Assembly (NCBI RefSeq): GCF_947568905.1
Contig: NC_079164.1
Coordinates: 3,534,001 to 3,598,000, forward strand
Source: Ostrea edulis
Taxonomy: Eukaryota
Length of the DNA: 64,000 bases
Direction: 5' to 3'
The position numbers and the translations under genes are program-made. Position 1 is the stretch's first letter. Every line of letters starts with the position of its first letter. The notes under the pieces were generated by a model. The model was not told the DNA's origin and did no database searches. It saw only the letters and a program-made list of their open reading frames with translations. Below are positions 58,101-64,000 of this stretch, one piece after another.

Positions 58101-61100
58101 ATAAATGAAACCCCTGCTAGACTCAAACTACCCAGCTATGCAGTTAAATTTGGAATACATGTATTGCTGATATTTGTATTTTGATTCAAGTTTTAAAAGT
58201 CAGCCATAATGATGTTGTATTATTCCTCCACCGAAACACTAAGACTAAAATGTAAAATCATGAATGATGTGTAAGTAAAATCACACCAGTATTTCTACAG
58301 TCAAGTAATGGCAGAACCAGTGTCAGGTAACAAATAGAAAACTAGGTTTTCTTAATTAAAAATCAATAACAAGTTAACCCTGAAAGGATTCGTTAATTAG
58401 GAAGACATACACGCATCATCTGAACTATTCAGCAACACTGTCTACATTCAACATGAGAATTCTGAAGCTCAATGTAGTACATCTAAGAGAGAACATATTT
58501 ATATGAGTGCAATATCTACAGAGGAGTTACTTCCCTTTAAGGTGGCACTGACCCTAATCCTCAGTAACAGGGTAATTTTCTAGTTCCCTGCTTCTTTGAC
58601 CTGTGTCAAATGTTGACTGAAGTTGGATGGTTTCACTAAAACAGCTGCAAATGCAGTGTTGGTTTTAACTACTTGAAGTATTGCTAAAACTGCAAGTTAA
58701 TTGTATGCACATACAACATTTTCATTTACAATACATTAATTGAATGGTTCCCAGGCAGTGGTACACTAGGTAGGAATTTGATGATGGTCTAGCTAATGGC
58801 AATTTAGATGACCATTTGAGTGCCATGGTTTGTCAGTATTTGGAAGATTGTCAGGATTAGCAGTCTCTCTTTCCCCCCACTCTCGCTATTGAGACTTTCC
58901 AAAGTCTCGAGATCTCGAGTCTGGGGAAATCGAGACTACTGGATTAGTCGAGTCTGGGGAAAGCAAGACTACTGGATTAGCCAAGTCTCGAGTCTGGGGA
59001 AAGCGAGACTACTGGATTAGCCAAGTCTCGAGTCTGGGGAAAGCAAGACTACTGGATTAGCCAAGTCTCGAGTCTGGGGAAAGCAAGACTACTGGATTAG
59101 CCAAGGCTCTAGTCTGGGGAAAGCGAGACTACTGGATTAGCCAAGTCTCAAGTCTGGGGAAAGCAAGACTACTGGATTAGCTGTACATGGTTGTTTCCCT
59201 TTATTACATAAAATTTAAGTCTGTTTATATAACAACCATTGGTTGTGATAAGATTGAGAAAGAAAAAATATCAAACTACCATTTAGCCAATCCAAATGGT
59301 GCCTTTCTCTAATGCAATATAATAGTTTATTTATTACTTTTCTTTTGAATACAGTCAGTTCTCATCATGTTGTTGCATTTTGTGATCTGGAATATTTAGA
59401 AATATATTAAATGAATTTGGCAATTAACTGAATTTTCATATATTATACAATAGGTGTAGTAATCACATTTCTTGTTTTAGTAGCTGCACTTCTGTAGCTC
59501 TCTGGTGAAATATTGGGATAGCCTGAGATCATCTCTACTTGTCTGTCCCAATATTTTCACAGAGAGCTTCAGACCTTCAGCAGTTGCAGGCTGTCCAGCG
59601 GCCCTAAAATTCCTAATTTTTTTCAGTTTTGCTAAAATTTCTTTAAAAAATGTAAAATTCAAGGGGAAATCCTAAAAAAGCCCTTATTTTTCATGTCAAT
59701 TCCTACTTTTTTATCAGTCTTGAAAAATCAAAATGCATTCATACAAAATGTGTGTTATTAACGTAGATTGCAGTTCTTATTCAGATAATGCTGATGCAGT
59801 GAAAGGCAGTTGACCTGTGGATCCATGTGTCAAGCTTGTTTATTGGTTATAGCCAATAATAGCTGAGACCATGGAACACTGGAATACGCCCTTCCTGTAC
59901 TTACATCTTATTTGTGTGTCATGTGAGTTTCTTTATTGTCAAATTTGACAAGGTAAGTCCTTTTAAATAATTAAAACTTCCGCAATTTGGTTAAAAATTC
60001 CTAATTTTAGCCCTAATTTACCCCTAATTTTTTTTAATTTTACACCTAAAATTTGCCCTTATTTTTTGTCCAAGGGTGCTGGACAGCCTGCAGTTGTGTA
60101 AATGGGTGTAGGGCAAATTAATTGGGTGTCCGGGTAGCGCAGAGGGTGTCCTGGTAGTACAGAGGTAGCGCTCTTGTTTCTCACTGCTGCGACCCGAGTT
60201 TGATCCCCGTGATCAGCAGTGGTTGCATGTGAGAGGGTATGGTGGTCGTCCGATGGGTTTCCTACGGGTACTCCGGTTTCCTCCCACATAAATGACCCCC
60301 TAGCACAAACAACCGTGCATCAAAGGACCCCATTGGAAATAAGCTTTCGAGCTTTCATGGGTTATTCTGGGTATTTATGTATGAATGTTTTACCTGTCAT
60401 GGGTTATTCTGGGTATTTATGTATGTTTGTATGTATGTTTGTATGTATGTTTTACCTGTCATGGGTTATTCTGGGTATTTATGTATGTTTGTATGTATGT
60501 TTTACCTGTCATGGGTTATTCTTCTCCTTCTCCAGATCATATTCATGTTTGTATGGGTATTTGGTATCATAAAAAGATATCTGATAGCAGCAAAATCATT
60601 CGTGGCAAAACATGGTGTTACTTAGTAATGTTAGTTTACACTCACAAACACTAATGCTGTATGTAGTAATGATCACACTCACAAACACTAATGCTGCATG
60701 TAGTAATGTTAATTTACACTTACAAACACTAATGCTGTATGTAGTAATGATCACACTCACAAACACTAATGCTGCATGTAGTAATGTTAATTTACACTTA
60801 CAAACACTTATGCTGTATGTAGTAATGTTAATTTACACTCACAGATACTAATGCTGTATGTAGTAATGATCACACTCACAAACACTAATGCTGCATGTAG
60901 TAATGTTAATTTACACTTACAAACACTAATGCTGTATGTAGTAATGTTAATTTACACTCACAAACACTAATGCTGTATGTAGTAATGATCACACTCACAA
61001 ACACTAATGCTGTATGTAGTAATGTTAATTTACACTCACAAACACTAATGCTGTATGTACATGTAGTAATGTTAGTTATACCCCCCGCAACAAGTTGTGG

Positions 61101-63106
61101 GGGGTATACTGGAATCGGGTTGTCCGTCCGTCTGTAGACGCAATGGTTTCCGGGCTCTTAAAGCATTATCCTTTCCACCTACCATCACCATATCATATAT
61201 ATGGACTACCCATGGGATGAAGATGTTCCCTATCGATTTTGGGGTCAAAAGGTCAAAGGTCAAGCACACTGGACATTGAAGTAGCAATATGGTTTCCGGG
61301 CTCTAAAGCGTTATCCTTTCCACCTACAGTCACCATATCATACATATGGGCTACCCATGGAATGAAGATGTTCCCTATTGATTTTGGGGTCAAAAGGTCA
61401 AAGGTCACGTGCACTGACATCTAAGTAGCAATTTGGTTTCTATTTAAATTCTTTAACGGCTTTTTTCATCGCATGGAACACCCTTTGGGAAATTGGGGTA
61501 AGCGGGGGGTATTCTTAGTGAGCATTGCTCACAGTACCTCTTGTTTACACTCACAAACACTAATACTGTATGTAGTAATGTTAGTTTACACTCACAAACA
61601 TTAATGCTGTATGTAGTAATGATCACACTCACAAACACTAATGCTGTATGTATTAATGTTAGTTTACACTCACAAACACTAATTCTGTATGTAGTAATGT
61701 TAGTTTACACTTACAAACACTAATGCTGTATGTAGTAATGTTAATTTACACTCACAAACACTAATGCTGTATGTAGTAATGTTAGTTTACACTTACAAAC
61801 ACTAATGCTGTATGTAGTAATGTTAATTTACACTCACAAACACTAATGCTGTATGTAGTAATGTTAGTTTACACTCACAAACACCAATGCTGTATGTAGT
61901 AATGTTAGTTTACACTCACAAACACCAATGCTGTATGTAGTAATGTTAGTTTACACTCACAAACATTAATGCTGTATGTAGTAATGATCACACTCACAAA
62001 CACTAATGCTGTATGTAGTAATGTTAATTTATACTCACAAACACTAATGCTGCATGTAGTAAACTTCACACTCACAAACACTAATGCTGTATGTAGTAAT
62101 GTTAATTTACACTCACAAACACTAATGCTCTATGTTGTAATGTTCACACCCAGAAACACTAACACTGTATGTAGTAGTGTTAGTTCAAACTCACAAACAC
62201 TAATGCTGTATGTAGTAATGTGTAGTAATGTTAACACTCACAAACACTAATGCTGTAAATGAAATTTACTCGATACTGCCATTAATGTTGTATGTACATG
62301 TAGTATAAATTAAATATCACTAATGCTGCAGCACATTAAGTAGTTTGGGTATATTGAATATCACTAATGCTGCAGCACATTAAGTAGTGTGGGTATATTG
62401 AATATTACCAATGCTGCAGCATGTTAAGTTGTGTGGTTATATTAAATACCACTAATGCTGCAGCACATTAAGTAATGTGAATATCAACAATGCTGTTTGT
62501 AGTTATTCTGCATGCTTAGTAGTGTAATGTAAAATAAATTTTCAAGTGTGTGTATTTTTTTAATTATTTGAGTGGGGACATGATAGCCAAATACAGAAAG
62601 CATATAATATTTTAAGTAGAACAAGAATTGATTTGATTCTCATTTATATTTTAATTTTCTGATGACCAATTACAGAAAAAGTTCCGGGTTGAATCCCAGG
62701 TGGAGAACTGGATTCAGAAGTACGACACAGACATGAATGAGAGACAGGTACGGTTTTCGTAGAAAGGTTTGACAGATTATTAAAGATTTATTCCTTTGAT
62801 GTACGTCAGAATTGTATGCTTGATTTTGGTTTTTGACAGAACGAGTACGAAGAAATCGACCTGGTCTACACAGAAGAAAAGAAACAACTTCACGAGCTCG
62901 AGGAACGCTTCAAAACTCTGGAGGCCGAGTACCAGCAAATCATGGAGGAACGGCGAGTATCGCGTGAAAAACGCGAGGCTGCGGAACGAGAGATGGCTCT
63001 CATGGTTAAAGCCGCCACTACGATTCAGGCCTTCTGGCGGTCATTCAAAGTTCGCAAAGCGCTCAAGGCACGCAAGAAGAAAGGAGGCGGGAAGAAGAAA
63101 AAGTAA
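55200..63106 (+). CDS. IQCD: Dynein regulatory complex protein 10 (IQ domain-containing protein D), 495 aa. Exons 55200-56114, 56387-56620, 62676-62747, 62840-63106
   Basis: Phase-0 GT-AG joins. Long coiled coil, KKFRVESQVENWIQKYD motif, C-terminal IQ motif AATTIQAFWRSFKVRK and Lys-rich tail, as in DRC10. Confidence 0.93.
57155..57695. repeat. Degenerate 21-25-bp minisatellite (CATAGCACTCTCTTATAGCTCACTCCA)n
   Basis: Tandem degenerate units in IQCD intron 2. Confidence 0.9.
58900..59180. repeat. 40-bp minisatellite, about 7 units
   Basis: CCAAGTCTCGAGTCTGGGGAAAGCGAGACTACTGGATTAG repeated. Confidence 0.92.
59587..60090. mobile_element. TIR DNA element, hAT-like, with a 6-bp TSD
   Basis: Perfect 13-bp TIR CAGGCTGTCCAGC / GCTGGACAGCCTG, with CAGTTG on both flanks. 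Confidence 0.75.
60147..60340 (+). mobile_element. tRNA-head SINE with a V/Meta-type central motif
   Basis: Degenerate A/B boxes followed by GGGTACTCCGGTTTCCTCCCAC. Confidence 0.55.
60622..62258. repeat. 38/40-bp minisatellite interrupted by a HINE
   Basis: CTCACAAACACTAATGCTGTATGTAGTAATGTTAATTTACA repeated on both sides of 61076-61545. Confidence 0.95.
61076..61545 (-). mobile_element. HINE/pearl-like element of the same family as 36632-37153, inserted in a minisatellite
   Basis: Reverse-complement match to 36632-37153. It splits the host unit GTTAGTT|TACACTC with no TSD. Confidence 0.85.
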
Positions 63107-64000
63107 ACTTATGTGTGATGTCACTAACTGCGTGGCTAGTTTGCTGGATGTTGTGTGGCTGTATAACAATCACTGTTGTGTATAAACTGACATGATTCGT
63201 ACCGTGCCACCATCACTGTTGTTGATATACATGTAATTTTGATTTCAGATATCAAGTTGATTAACATGTCCAGCATGAAATTACCAGCAGTGGGTTTTTT
63301 TTATATCTAACATATCAGTCACATTCACTATCACAATTTTTGTCATTTTTTTTTCAATTTCAGCAGATGGATAGTTGCCAATTCTGCACACACTCACCCA
63401 ACTAGAGGGCGGCATCCTCTGAATTTGGTTAAGTTTAAGTTATCCTCGTAAATTTGTGTAATCATTCACCACAGAATACATGTATGTGGTTTCCTTGTGT
63501 AGATATTTGTAACCAAAACCTAAAAATCACCCTCTTTTTACAAGCAAGTAACTCGCTTTCAGATTATTCGCGATGGCAACTACGCAGACTTGTAACTACC
63601 ATTTGTATACACGATATAGTGCTAGTCTCTGTCCTATACACATCATGATTTATGTGTGTGTGTGTGTGTGTGTGTGTGGCTGTCTCTGTACATGTGTTAT
63701 ACACATCATGATTTATGTGTGTGTTTGTGGCTATTAGCTGTCTCTATTTTGTAGTGTATCTGTAACGCATGGTTACTGAGTTGTCCCCCTTAACTACAAT
63801 ATATACTGAGTTGTCCCCCTTAACTACAATATATAATATTTCTATTACTTAGTGTTCTTTTGTGTAATTGTGATCAGTCATAATGTATACTTCCTTACTT
63901 TCAACTTGATGAGAAGGAAAATTCTGTTGATAAGAAACGTTGATTTTATCTTACAGTTTAGCGTAAAGACCTTGTGGTATCTGGTGTACAGACTAATTTT

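Noticed and set aside
62796-63185. 129-aa ORF overlapping the last IQCD exon
   Set aside because: Wrong frame. The spliced frame from 62840 encodes the IQ motif and stops at 63106.

Overview
AT-rich, repeat-dense eukaryotic genomic DNA; the repeat families point to a bivalve mollusc, most likely an oyster. Four spliced protein-coding genes were reconstructed by hand from GT-AG sites and frame continuity. Two are tandem dCTP pyrophosphatase (DCTPP1) paralogs on + (85-2181, 5' exon outside the window; and 5341-7729). The third is a 26-coding-exon two-pore channel TPC1 gene on - (54831 to 15083, 816 aa). The fourth is DRC10/IQCD on + (55200-63106, 495 aa), head-to-head with TPC1 with only 368 bp between the ATGs, an arrangement I recall from human 12q24.13. 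The most unusual pattern is that at least 8 TPC1 exon boundaries are tandemly amplified into the neighbouring intron, giving 2-16 extra near-identical splice acceptors or donors; every decoy I translated gives a stop or frameshift. The window also holds a complete TRIM retroelement with tRNA-derived LTRs and a 4-bp TSD, several Helentron-type (HINE/pearl-like) elements, hAT, Harbinger and TA-TSD MITEs, SINEs, a Penelope-like fragment and many mini/microsatellites. No functional RNA gene or CRISPR array was found.
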